From: Octopus vulgaris
Lineage: Eukaryota
Length of the DNA stretch: 64,000 bases
NCBI GenBank assembly: GCA_951406725.2
Contig: OX597825.1
Coordinates: 3,906,001 to 3,970,000, forward strand
Direction of reading: 5' to 3'
Shown here: piece after piece, positions 11,943 to 24,135 of the stretch
Layout of the letters: each line of letters opens with the position of its first letter
Numbering within the stretch: the first letter of the stretch is position 1
Translations under genes and position numbers: made by a program
The notes under the pieces: generated by a model
The model's database searches: none
Seen by the model: only the letters and a program-made list of their open reading frames with translations
Told to the model about the DNA's origin: nothing

Positions 11943-12992
11943 CGGGAAGCTTTATGAAAATAAACAAAAGACGAAGGCAGGTGGAAAACAAACGAACAAT
12001 TGTATTAGTATGGCGCTCAGGAAATATAAATAAAACAAGTCTTTAACGTTTCGAGCCTACGCTCTTCAACAGAAAGATACACAGAGAGAGAAAAACACAG
12101 AAAGAAGGAGAGAAAAAAATGCGTGCAGTAGCTAACGAATCAACATGGCGATCTGATTTCGGCCAGAGGTCAAAGATCAAACATGAGACGCGAGAGCGAA
12201 ATAAGGGGAGATAATAGGGTTGATAAAAGGGTTGAGGGACCAGCTAAAAGTGCGTGGGAGGGGTCTGGATGTGTGTATGTATAGGGTTGGTGTATGTATT
12301 AGTATGTATAAGGGTGTGTGTGTGTGTGTGTGTGTGTGTATGAGAGAGTATTAGTGCGTAAGATTGGTCTGGACGTGCGTATGTATGGGGTTGGTGTATG
12401 TATTAGTATGTATTAGTATGTATTAGTACGTATTGGTATGTATAGGTATGTGTGTGTGTGTGTGAGAGAGTATAAGTGCGTATGCGGGGTCTGGACGTGT
12501 GTATGTATAGGGTTGGTGTAAGTATTAGTATGTACTAGTATGTATTAGTACGTATTAGTATGTATTAGTTGGTGTGTGTATTAGTATGGCACATCATATG
12601 TGATGTGATGTGTAAAGTCATGTGGTGTAGTGAGGAGAAGAGGGGGAGAAGAGGGGGAGAAGTGGGGGGAGAAGAGGGGGGAAGAAGAGGGGGAGGAGAA
12701 GGGGGAAGATGAGAGGATGGGGGAGAAGGAAGGGGAGGAGGGGGATGAAGGAGGAAAGAGGGAGAGGGGGAGATAGGGAGTGAGGGAGCAGAGGGAAGGG
12801 GAAGAGGGAGGGAGAAAGAGGGAAGAAGGGAAGGGGAGTAGGGGTGAAAGGATGAAGGACTGAAGAAGTAGGGGTCGGGGGAGAAAGGATAGTTGGGAGG
12901 GGGAGAGGGGGGTTAGATGAGGAGGGGGGAGAGTTGAGACCAAATGGCGTATAAGAGCGAAGAGAGAAATTTAATTCCTGTTCACGGCGCAA
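11937..12992 (-). repeat. Downstream (3') pseudo-LTR of the PLE
   Basis: Starts aacgggaagc at 11941; near-identical to 16438-17509 (offset 4501 at the start). Confidence 0.95.
12040..12078 (-). ncRNA. Minimal type-I hammerhead in the pLTR (A6U core variant)
   Basis: UCUUU-CUGUUGA-A-GAGC(GUAG)GCUC-GAAAC-GUU-AAAGA, palindromic stem III AACGUU. Confidence 0.75.
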
Positions 12993-13367
12993 ACGGGAAT
13001 CCGGATGGCCTCTGTGTAAGGACAAACCGAACACAGATAGGTGTTGCAAGGAGTGACCGGTGGAGCGGAAATGGCGTGAGACCGGTGTGTCGTTCGCAAG
13101 GTGGATGTCACGAAGGTGTTCCGCGAACCGGTCAGCCAAGCGGCGTCCCGTTTGTCCGATGTACAAGGAATTGCAGAGAGAGCAAGAGATGCAATAGATA
13201 ATATTGCTGGAGGTGCAGGTGAAGGAGTGGATGATGGGATAGGGTCGATGGTGGGTGCTAGTGAGGCGGGTGGTGTTGGAGAGGTAAGGGCAAGTGCGGC
13301 AACGTGGGCGGGAGCAGGGGAACGAGCCGGGTTGGGAGGTAGGGTCAGGGAAGGAGCTATGGACCAA
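12913..13367 (-). CDS. Cys-rich linker and GIY-YIG endonuclease (fragment of the polyprotein)
   Basis: CSRPRCRTC linker; NIIYCISCSLCNSLYIGQTGRRLADRFAEH; VSRHF; RLRREQELNFSLRSYTPFGLN. Confidence 0.92.
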
Positions 13368-13413
13368 AAGGTCTCGAAGGTTGTGGGCTCGTTTGAAAGA
13401 GGGGAGGGGTCGG

Positions 13414-14505
13414 TTAGGGAAGAGGTGTGAAGTGGACGGGTCGGACTGGAGATGACGGAAAGCTCGAAGAATGGGTTCGTTGGAGACGTAGGGTCGTGGG
13501 GTGGTAAGTGAGGGGAAAAGGGAGGCGGGAGACTACAGGGCGGGTTCGGGGAGAGAGAGCAGATACACGGTCCACGGACCGTGCTCTGGCAAGGGCGGTG
13601 TGGATAGTGGTGAGGGGGTATCCACGTAGGGTGAAGTGGTGAGCCATACGTTGAGACTGAGTCTCAAAGTCATGGTCGTCACTACAGAGCCTACGTAGAC
13701 GGAGGAATTGGGAATAGGGGATGGAAAGCTTGGTGTGTTCTGGGTGGGAGGAAGAGAAGTTGAGGTATGAGTGTGAGTCTGTGTGTTTGTAGTGAATGGA
13801 GGTGGTAAGAGTGGAGTGAAGGATGCTAACCGAAATGTCGAGGAAGGAGACAGAGGTGTTGGAGATAGTGGAAGTGAAGTGGAGGGCTGGATGGAAAGAT
13901 TGGACGAAAGAGAGGAAGGAATCTAGATGTTCGCGGGAGAGTGAGGTGGCACCGATAATGTCGTCAATATAACGACCATATAGTTCAGGAGTGGGACCAG
14001 TGAAATTAGAGAATATTTGGGCCTCAACATAGCCAACGAACAGGTTCGCATAGTTGGGGCCCATTCGCGTTCCCATGGCCACTCCCGAGACCTGATGGTA
14101 GAACTCGCCCGCGAACGAGAAGCAGTTCAGAGTAAGGACAAGTTCGGCCAGACGAATGAGTGTGGAGGTGTCAGGTACAGGGTTAGAGCGGAGGTCAAGA
14201 AAGTGTCGAAGGGCCTGCAGTCCTTCGTGGTGAGGGATAACAGTATAGAGGCTTTGGATGTCCATAGTAAAAAGGATTTTGGAGGAGCCGGGAGGAAAGG
14301 AGAAAGAGTTGAAAAGCCGGAGAGCATGGTTGGTATCGTGGATGTGGGAGGGAAGAGATGCCACTAGGGGGGCAAGGACACGGTCGAGGTATTTAGAGAT
14401 GAGCTCCGTGGGGCAGTTACAGGCGGAGACGATGGGGCGGCCAGGGTTGTTGGGTTTGTGGATTTTGGGGAGGAAGTAAATGGTGGGGGTACGTGGGATT
14501 CGCAC
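13414..14505 (-). CDS. Penelope-type reverse transcriptase core and thumb (fragment of the polyprotein)
   Basis: YFLPKIHKPNNPGRPIVS, FTMDIQSLYTVI, QVSGVAMGTRMGPNYANLFVG, GRYIDDI, SFLDI, YLNFSSSHP..K.SIPYSQFLRLRRLCS. Confidence 0.92.
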   Translation of the reverse strand: MRIPRTPTIYFLPKIHKPNNPGRPIVSACNCPTELISKYLDRVLAPLVASLPSHIHDTNHALRLFNSFSFPPGSSKILFTMDIQSLYTVIPHHEGLQALRHFLDLRSNPVPDTSTLIRLAELVLTLNCFSFAGEFYHQVSGVAMGTRMGPNYANLFVGYVEAQIFSNFTGPTPELYGRYIDDIIGATSLSREHLDSFLSFVQSFHPALHFTSTISNTSVSFLDISVSILHSTLTTSIHYKHTDSHSYLNFSSSHPEHTKLSIPYSQFLRLRRLCSDDHDFETQSQRMAHHFTLRGYPLTTIHTALARARSVDRVSALSPRTRPVVSRLPFPLTYHPTTLRLQRTHSSSFPSSPVRPVHFTPLP

Positions 14506-16437
14506 AATTAGGTTGGATGCGGTGCGGGGGAGACGGGAGGACGAGATGAGGTCTTGGACGGTAGAGGATACCGTCTGTTGGTAGCTACGTGTGGGGTAGA
14601 GGGCAGAGGAGAATAGAAGGAGGTGTCATTGAGTTGGCGGAAAGCCTCGGCCCTATAGAGGTCCGCGCGCCACACCACTACAGCTCCACCCTTGTCAGCC
14701 GGTTTGATGATAATGTCAGCGCGCCGTTGGAGGGAACGAAGAGCCAAGAGCTCAGCCGGGGAGATGTTGAGGCGGCGTTGGCGCCTGGAGAAGTTGAACC
14801 GCTCCAATGCACGCTGACAAGCGCCCGCGAAAAGATCCACTGCTAGGATCTGGCCAGGGGCAGGCGTCCACGGGGATGGTCGGCGGCCCAGGCCAGTGAA
14901 GCAGTCGTCCTCTTCGTGGGGTGTGGGTGGCGAGTCGTGGTAATGCGCACCCAACCGGACACGGCGCACAAAGCTGTGGACATCAACTCGCGTCTGGAAT
15001 TCCTTACAGGATGGAGTGAGGGGGATGAAACGCAGACCCCTACCAAGGACGGAGCGTTCAGCCGCAGAGAGGGGAAGATCGGGGGGAATGGTAACAACAG
15101 ACGGAAGTGGAGAAGGGGTGGGTGGAATAGAAGTAGGAGGGGTGGTAGGTCTCGTGGAGGTCTGAGGGGGAGGGATTGGGGAGGTGTGTGGGGGTGGTTG
15201 GGCGGGGCAGTAGGGTTAGGTGTAGGTGGATGGAGCCTAACGGGAGGGGAGAAGGGGTTGTAGGGAGGGGCAGTGGGGTTAGGTGTGGGTGGATGGAGCC
15301 TATCGGGAGGGGAGAAGGGTGGTGGAGGAGTTGGGGTAGTGGCGTCGGGTAGGGTGGAATGGAAGAGTGATTGGAGTTTACGAAGTTTGGTATCAGAAAG
15401 AAATTGATGAAAGAGTTGATTCAAATGGATAATGAAGCGTAGCGTGTTTGGAGCATAGAGAGGCGGCAGAGAGGAGAAGAAGGTGGAGAAAGCAGGAGGA
15501 AGAAGGCGGTTGATGGCATGTAGTTTGGAGAGATTGGAGCGAATGGTGGCCCGCATAAGGCGGTAAGATGTGGTGCGGAGTATGGGTAAGATGGAAGAAT
15601 CCGAGTGGAGAGCAGGGTGGAAGTGGAGGCGGAAACCTTTAGGGATGAGTCGGTGATGTAGGCAGCGGCTTAGGAAAGAGACATGGCTAGAGAAGCGGGT
15701 TTTTTAAAAAGAAGTAGAGAGAGATTAACGGACGGCTGAAGGCAATATACAGGAAGCGAACGTAGATGATCCTTCAAACGGTGATGGAGGGTGAGGAGGT
15801 AGGACCTAGGATCCGGCATGATGGGATAGCAGAAAAAAAACGTTCGAAAAAACAAAAAAAAACAAAAAACAAAAATTATCGTATGAAAAAAATAGAAAAA
15901 AAGGATAGCGAAAAAAGGGGAAAAAACAAACGTTCAAAAAAAACAAAAAAATAATAATCGTATGAAAAAACTAGATAAGTAAGCGATAGGGGCAGAAAAG
16001 ACGGGGCAAACGGAAAAGGGAAAGAAAGAAGGGAAGCAGAGAGAGGGGGAGGCAAAAAAGGGGGTGCAGGCAGAGGAAACGGAGTATGGACATCCAGAGA
16101 GGGAAGAAAGACGGAAAGGAGAACAAAAATTCAGGAAAATGTGGGAAGCATGAAATGAATGTAAAAAAAGTGGTAATATAAGAGAAAATAAAAATACAAC
16201 AAACGGGACAGTTTATGCGAACAAGTTCAAGGTTGAAAGTTCAAGGTGAGAAATGTGTAGACGTCGTGGTATATTTTTTAAGGATTTCACATCAATGCAA
16301 AGTCACTTTGATCCGCGAAAGAGAGGTGCAGCCAATGGTAAGTATCCAAGAGGTAAAGAAAATCCAAGGTAGAGGTAAGTGTTGATAGTGGTATTGGTAG
16401 AATATAGGATGAAAGTGAGACCACGTGAGCGCATAAT

Positions 16438-17509
16438 ATATAACGGGAAGCTTTATGAAAATAAACAAAAGACGAAGGCAGGTGGAAAACAAACGAACAA
16501 TTGTATTAGTATGGCGCTCAGGAAATATAAATAAAACAAGTCTTTAACGTTTCGAGCCTACGCTCTTCAACAGAAAGATACACAGAGAGAGAAAAACACA
16601 GAAAGAAGGAGAGAAAAAAATGCGTGCAGTAGCTAACGAATCAACATGGCGATCTGATTTCGGCCAGAGGTCAAAGATCAAACATGAGACGCGAGAGCGA
16701 AATAAGGGGAGATAATAGGGTTGATAAAAGGGTTGAGGGACCAGCTAAAAGTGCGTGGGAGGGGTCTGGATGTGTGTATGTATAGGGTTGGTGTATGTAT
16801 TAGTATGTATAAGGGTGTGTGTGTGTGTGTGTGTGTGTATGAGAGAGTATTAGTGCGTAAGATTGGTCTGGACGTGCGTATGTATGGGGTTGGTGTATGT
16901 ATTAGTATGTATTAGTATGTATTAGTACGTATTGGTATGTATAGGTATGTGTGTGTGTGTGAGAGAGAGTATAAGTGCGTATGCGGGGTCTGGACGTGTG
17001 TATGTATAGGGTTGGTGTAAGTATTAGTATGTACTAGTATGTATTAGTACGTATTAGTATGTATTAGTTGGTGTGTGTATTAGTATGGCACATCATATGT
17101 GATGTGATGTGTAAAGTCATGTGGTGTAGTGAGGAGAAGAGGGGGAGGGGAGAAGAGGGGGAGAAGAGGGGGATAAGAGGGGGAGAAGGGGAGGGGGAGA
17201 AGAGGGGAGGAGAAGGGGGAAGATGAGAGGATGGGGGAGAAGGAAGGGGAGGAGGGGGATGAAGGAAGAAAGAGGGAGAGGGGGAGAGAGGGAGTGAGGG
17301 AGCAGAGGGAAGGGGAAGAGGGAGGGAGAAAGAGGGAAGAAGGGAAGGGGAGTAGGGGTGAAAGGATGAAGGACTGAAGAAGTAGGGGTCGGGGGGAGAA
17401 AGGATAGTTGAGGAGGGGGAGAGGGGGGTTAGATGAGGAAGGGGGGAGAGTTGAGACCAAATGGCGTATAAGAGCGAAGAGAGAAGATTAATTCCTGTTC
17501 ACGGCGCAA
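16438..17509 (-). repeat. Upstream (5') pseudo-LTR of the PLE
   Basis: Second copy of 11937-12992; begins inside the endonuclease coding end (EQELIFSLRSYTPFGLNSPPFLI*). Confidence 0.95.
16541..16579 (-). ncRNA. Minimal type-I hammerhead in the upstream pLTR
   Basis: Identical to 12040-12078. Confidence 0.75.
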
Positions 17510-17566
17510 TATATATATATCCTTATCTGTCTGTTTCTCTATGCGCCTCTCTCTTTCTTTTGTCTT

Positions 17567-17649
<83 letters not shown>

Positions 17650-17987
17650 GTGTGTGTGTGTGTGTGTGTTAGAATAAAGTATAAAATCATCATGTCGGTT
17701 TTATATATTTGAAAAAAAATTAAGAGAAATTAATTTTCTGCCATTTTCTCACTTTAATAAATAATTATACGCTTCTAAATTTACAAAAGGTTCATTACAG
17801 ATTCCTATCTATTTATCACGTTTGAAGGTTTTTATTTCATATTATTTCAGAGTTCAGTAATTCAGGTACCGGTTTTCATCTTCTGTAAGCCATGTTATTC
17901 CATACTTATTCTACTATTCTACGGATTGCAACATATACACACACATACACATACATACATACACACATACATACATGCATACATACA

Positions 17988-18158
17988 TCATGTCTGCCCC
18001 CTCGTTATCGAGTATGGCCATTGCACGAAGCTCAACTGTTACTGGTGCAGTGATCGAATGTGACTTTTTAGCCCAGCTAAAGATCTACAATGTCTTGTAC
18101 AAAATTGTCTACTAAAACCTTTACTGGTAATAGCCGGCTGTAGTTGTAAATGGGCTTC
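17988..18158 (-). mobile_element. 3' end of an RTE-like LINE
   Basis: Minus-strand FCTRHCRSLAGLKSHIRSLHQ* resembles the RTE C-terminal Zn-finger-like motif; short UTR (ggccatactcgataacgagggg) then (TATG)n tail. Confidence 0.6.
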
Positions 18159-18159
18159 A

Positions 18160-18510
18160 TGTACATACATACATACATACATACATACATACATGCATAA
18201 ATGCATACATACATACATACATGCATAAATGCATACATACATACATACATGCATACATACATACATACATACATGCATGCATACATGCATACATACATAC
18301 ATACATGCATACATACATACATACATACATACATGCATGCATGCATGCATACGTACATACATACATACATAAATGCATACATACATACATGCATACATAC
18401 ATACATACATACATGCATGCATAAATGCATACATACATACATACATACATACATACATACATACATACATGCATACATACATACATACATACATACATAC
18501 ATACATACAA
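18160..18510. repeat. (CATA)n tetranucleotide array with CATG/AAATG variants
   Basis: Seen directly; explains the MYVC/HTYI ORFs. Confidence 0.95.
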
Positions 18511-18519
18511 ACATACATA

Positions 18520-18985
18520 TTCAATGTCTGATCAGTTAATATCCGGACTGTTAACATAGTAACAATGCTAAAGCACTGAGAGTGAAAACGTTCGGCAAAA
18601 ACTGGCCTTGAACTCTGCTGTGCATGCGCATGAAGTTTTAACGTTTTAGCTGACTCACGCTGCTTACAGCGGTGCTCGGAAGGAAGGTGTGTAGTGTGTG
18701 ATTGTCGAATTGACCAAGAGAGAAAAACTTTTCATGCCAATACCTGCACAAATGTCTAGGCAAAGTGGCAGAAAGTTTATGGGGAGGAGTGTATGAGCAG
18801 CATCCAATTGTACAAGTGGTTTAGAAGTTTCCAATATAGCCAAAAAAATATCCAGCAGAACTGAAAAAGACATCGCAGATGGTTGTACAGCTTTCACAGG
18901 AAATCGTTGGATCACCATCTGTGAGTTAACAGAGGATGTTCAGATTAGTTACCGTTCGGTTCAGTGCATTATCCCTGAAGATTAA
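18520..18985 (+). mobile_element. Decayed mariner-like element, 5' part
   Basis: gtctgatcagttaatatccggactgtt..catagtaac shared with 35832ff; HTH remnants (VYGEECMS, YKWFRSF, NRWITICELTEDV). Confidence 0.65.
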
Positions 18986-21612
18986 CGTCTGAAATATAAG
19001 ATCTTCTTAATGCTGATGAAGGAGGCTCATTTCATCCAGTGATAATTGCATCTATACGGCCGCATATTGTGATGAACAAAATCTACCAACATTATTAGGG
19101 ATTGCCGACCTCTCAGAATCAGCTGTGGGACTTGTTTTACCTTATTTCCACCGCCTTAATTTTCTTTGGCGTTTGTAACCTGTGTGCGTTTGACCTACTA
19201 ATATAAATATATTTATACAGAAAAATTCATCACCTGGAAGTTTCCAATTTTTCCTTTCGTTTTGCAGATATAAATATTTTCAATTTAATGTATTTAATAT
19301 ATTTGATTGGTCTAATTTGTTTATCTGTATAATTGCCTTCCTCTCTCTCCCTCTTCCCATCTCTCTCTCCATTTTTGTGTAATATGAAATCATGTGTCTT
19401 GAAGGAAATTTATGCTTTAATGCTTTTTCAAATGAATTAATTAGCAAAAAATAGAATTATTGTTTAAAGCGTGTTCTTCACTTAATATATATCATGAACT
19501 ATTTCTAAATGAGTAGCATATTATTGACATTGCTAATATGAAAAATAATATCAATTTAAGCCGTAATTGATAAAGTATTTTGTCAATAGATATAAGCTGA
19601 TTGAACTATAACATCTCTCGGCCGTTTCCATGACAGATACAGCATAAAAGACGAATAAATATATCTCCCTAAATTCAGTTTATCCACACTGGGTGATTAA
19701 CTGTCAAAATCATTTTAGCGCTTTTCATTAGCAGGTATCTCTCACAAAGTTCTCCTTTTATCTTCTTACGTATGATTTGACTTCTCATAATGGAAATTAT
19801 AAGAAATGATAAAATTATAGAGATAATGTCATGAAAGGTTGATGCGAAATGCTATATGTGACAGGCTGTTTTATTATCATATCAAACTGTACTATTTTGG
19901 TGACCTGGTTGTTCAGGATCTAAGCATGTTATTAACTGGAGTTTCTTAACTGGCCAAACTGATCATCGATCACATCACTATTTTAAATTGCCGTCTTTTA
20001 GCTGCGTCTAATGGAAATTGTTGTTGAATCGCTTCGTTAGATCAAACGGGAAAATGAGGCTCATTTATATACAGTACCTAACGCTTGAACAACTCACCGG
20101 ATTATCCTAAATTTACTTGTTACTTTAGAAAGGTTTTATGGTTTTAAAGAAAAATAAAGAAAATTATGCTCCGACAATGTATATATCAAAGGTTTATACC
20201 TCGAGGTACATTAAGATTTCAAAATTAACATGTAGGCGTATGTTCATTACTGAAATAATATAAAAGAAGGAAATCTTTTGAAATTATATTTAATTGTTTG
20301 ATGGTGCTACAATATAAGAGGTATTTTATTGAGCTTTCTTACAGAAGGAATAGCGATTATAAGTATTACAAGGTATTATATATTTAAAAAAAAAAACTAT
20401 AATGGTCTATGAAGGTCATAGATCGTAAAATGTTTAGCTATGTAATATCTTCTTTAAAATATACAAACATTAAACTTGTTAGGCGATACGAAATATGGTA
20501 ACATCGTTTATAATGCGGTTAATAGGATATTATATTTTGTGCACACATGTATTTGAGCTAATACATTAATTTTCACATAGACGTAAAGTCTTGGTCGGAT
20601 AAAGTGATTTTTATCAATTTGGAAAGGACATTAGCGATATTGTCGACATAAATGAAGTAAAATTACGACGGGTGGGAAAATATTCGATCAATGCAGAATT
20701 CTGCAAATGAAGAAACTTATCTGAAATATGGCTACAGCTCCTCGAACATTTTATCGTTGATCAGTTGCAGACAAAGAACCTAAGATATTTTATCGCTATT
20801 GAATTCGTATGTGTTTTAGTTGTATAAATCCATTATACATAGACTTAGAAAGTATATAGAAATTTATCGAGTTTCGTCAGACAAGGGTTTCGGCGTTCAC
20901 TGAGAAGAAATTATCTCCCCACCCCTCTCTCTCCTCTTTCTTTTTTTTCTGTAAATATTTTCAATTTATAAAAAAAAATATCCACTAACTCTCCATTTTC
21001 TTCTCTTAATTTTATACCGGTATATATATCATATATTTACACACATACACACACACACGCACGCACAAACACAAGCACACGCGCACATATGTATATATAT
21101 GATATATACAGGTACCACAATTACACTTGAGAGCGCCTGATAAAATAACGTTGAGATTTGAATCATAATCTCTCTGAGATCAATGCTGTTGTGGCGGTGA
21201 ACTGAGGGACTTGTAAGAGGTCTTGACCGTAACCTATACATGTATGAACATTATGCATACAATGACTTTATGTTCGAAATTTATCAACGTCAAATAATAG
21301 AAATATATTTCGAACTGTTAGTTAGAAGAGTGTACCTATTTGATAAGTAGTTTATTAGTTTTCCTTAATAAGACATAGGTCTCCCTTTGTAATTTATTTT
21401 GATAGAAATACAAATTTTTCGAAGAAGTATGAGATTAATCCTAATCTCTTTAGATGTATATGCTTGCAGACTTTGAATTCTAATATTTATAATAACGCAA
21501 CTTTAATACCATTTAGTACTTAGAATCCTGTTCGGAATATAAACATAAACCAACCACTATTTTTAATACGAGTAATTAATTTCTTTTAAATTGTATCTTA
21601 AAACGCTATTTG

Positions 21613-22736
21613 CAGTACCGTGCAAAAGTCTTCGGCCAATTTAAACTATTGTAAATTTCTACTAATTGCCAACTTATAACTGGGTTTTCGCATTGCGTTT
21701 TTTTACAGGTGAAATATTGGCTCCGTTGGAATCATTTCCATACCTAATCATTACATTTTGTAGTAATGGTTCTGAATGAAAGAGAGAGAGAGAGATAGAG
21801 AGAGAGAGAAAGAGATACGAGATGACAACCAAAAATGACCGTGCAAACGTATTCGGCCATATCATATAAACTAATCAAGATACATTGTTTTAAAACAGAA
21901 AAAATGTCTATAATGAAAATTTATTACATAATGTTCATTTTCTGATGCTGCTGTACATCAGACTCTTACCTAGAAGCTTCACGGTCTTTCTCGTGTAACG
22001 TGGGTCGTTTCGTTTTCTAATACGAGAGAATTTGTGTTAGGGCCTCAAGGAAAGCGAAAACAGTGAAATTTGGGGTTAAGAGTATGATACGGAATTTGGG
22101 GATACATAAAAAGTGATGGCTGAGGAAAGTTGAATAGTGCTAAATACATCCAGTTGCTTAAGGACAATATTATACCAGACTTGGATGAAGGTGAGATCTT
22201 TTAGCATGATGGAGCTATATGCCACAGATCTCGAGCAACACAACAGAGTCTCTTTGATGAAGGTGTTACCATATTAATAGGTTGGCCGGCTCAGAGCCAT
22301 GACTTAGGTTTGCTAAGAGCAAATGTGGACACACGTAAAAAAGGAGTTCGTCAGAAGAATCCATATAAACTTGAAGACTTGTGGGACTTCAGCCACAGAG
22401 AATGGAATCTCATACCTGCGAAGATAGTAAAGGATTTGTACGCATCATCTCTCAGGCACACTGAAGCAATTTTACAAGCTAAGGTAAGCCACACGAAATA
22501 TTAACAAAGTACAGTAACTTCTTGAAATGAAGATTATGTAATTAATTTGCAGTATAGACATTTTTTTCTGTTTTAAAATACTGTATCATGATTGGTTGAT
22601 GTGAGGTGGCCGAAATTATTCCATAAGGGCCAATGTTTCATCCGTAAAAACGCGATGCGTAGCGTCCACTTATAAGTTGGCAATTAGTAGAAAATTACAA
22701 TAGTTTAAATTGGCCGAAGACTTTTACACGATACTG
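21613..22736 (+). mobile_element. Internally deleted Tc1-like transposon with long TIRs
   Basis: cagtaccgtgcaaaagtcttcggccaatttaaactattgtaa.. pairs with ..ttacaatagtttaaattggccgaagacttttacacgatactg|ta, with pairing over ~200 bp. Transposase C-terminal remnant (DGA.CH, WPAQS.DL, EDLW..EWNLIP, AKVSHTKY*). Confidence 0.85.
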
Positions 22737-24135
22737 TAATTAGCCCGAAATCTCTTGGCCTATAATATACACTATGGTTATCATATCGTGTCATATACAC
22801 ATCTAGATGCAAGAAAACCTTGAATATATGAGCTGTTGTAGTGTGACTGAATATATTATATTCTGTAGCTGTACAACGTAGTTGTGACCTCTATATGTAA
22901 AACCTGCAAACGGCAACAAGATTTTAAAAGTCACTTCATTATATCGCTATAGATATAAACCTAATATTCAATTGCAAATGTCAGCCTTGATATTTTCTCG
23001 AGGTGGATATTATAGAAAGTACGACCATAACATTTGGTTTCTATTATATGCATGATAAAATATGATTTGTGCTTCTCTCGTAAATTATTAAATGGTTTTC
23101 TCTTGAAATGATAGATGTAATTTTCAGTTTTTGCAGTTATTGATATTAACATTGATTTGCATAACATTGCAGGAATATGCTATAAATTTCTATTAATCTG
23201 CATTGAAATGTTTGGAACGTGAGTGCATGATATTTCTTAGATTATCGGAAAGATGGTATGTGCATTTATTTTGCAGATATCTTTTTGTGTTTCTATAATT
23301 ATGTTATTCCATCAATCCATCTGCAATTAAATAGGAATATTTTATGTGAATATCAGCAACTTCAATAGCATACGTTGTACGGTTCTTGGTTTTATACAAA
23401 CATAATTCACATCAAATATTATGAACTCGTAAATTACTGATACGACGCGTTATTTAGATTGCAAATTAAATGTTTTTCTCAAAGTATTCGAGGATAACCA
23501 ACAAGCACTACTTATCACATACAGTTCTTAATATCGTGTTCAGAAAGACAGCAAAGCACCAAATATAAATGAGTTAAAAACTATTATTCTATATCAATTT
23601 GAAATTAATATGTAGCCACTTATAGATCTTTACCTATACGTAAAAATTAAAGACTTTTATGCAAGCAATTTCGGGAATGAAATCAATAATTTCAGTAGAA
23701 AATGCGTAAACTGCAAACATTTTTCTATTGACTAAATTTCATGTACTTAAATTTGATTATGTATTAAATTTCTTCTTTTAAAGTAAAGCAATCTTAAGCA
23801 ATTGTCATGTTCAAAATTAATCTGGAATTTATGAATATTATATCTAATCGTCATAGTCCACACTTGATATTGTCAGCTTACTTGAAAATAATCTAAATAA
23901 AATTCAGTGTAATGACATTCAGCATATTGAAATCAACTTACTCTACATTCTTTATTATACAACGTCACTGTATTGATCATTTTCGTCACACTCAAACATG
24001 TGAGGTTAACGTAAACTTTAGTTGAATTTTAAATCAGAGTTGGGATTAAATATCGTCTATCTTACTACCTGTCGAACTACACATATTTATTTTACACAAT
24101 GTTGGAGCTTGCATTGTAATATACATTTTCTTGAG

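Larger units (their letters stand above)
12913..15819 (-). pseudogene. PLE polyprotein (N-terminal domain, RT, Zn-linker, GIY-YIG), frameshifted in this sequence
   Basis: ATG at 15819 (MPDPRSY..), HVSFLSRCLHHRLIPKGF, LGRGLRFIP, IIKPADKGGAVVV, RT and EN motifs spread over ORFs 15670-15855, 14843-15556, 14508-14969, 13414-14505 and 12618-13367. Confidence 0.9.
11937..17509 (-). mobile_element. Near full-length Penelope-like retroelement (Neptune-type) with tandem pseudo-LTRs
   Basis: RT plus Cys-rich linker plus C-terminal GIY-YIG on the minus strand; ~1.05-kb direct repeats that include the 3' end of the ORF; a hammerhead in each repeat; inserted in (TA)n. Confidence 0.95.

Noticed and set aside
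12290-12590. Short gtattagtat tandem repeats resembling a CRISPR-like array
   Set aside because: Contiguous 10-bp minisatellite inside the pLTR, no unique spacers, eukaryotic context
12944-15263. Plus-strand ORFs over the PLE
   Set aside because: Antisense shadows of the GC-rich PLE coding strand
19008-19086. UAAUG-CUGAUGA...CAUUA possible hammerhead
   Set aside because: No GAAA and no stem III in the right place; at most a decayed relic
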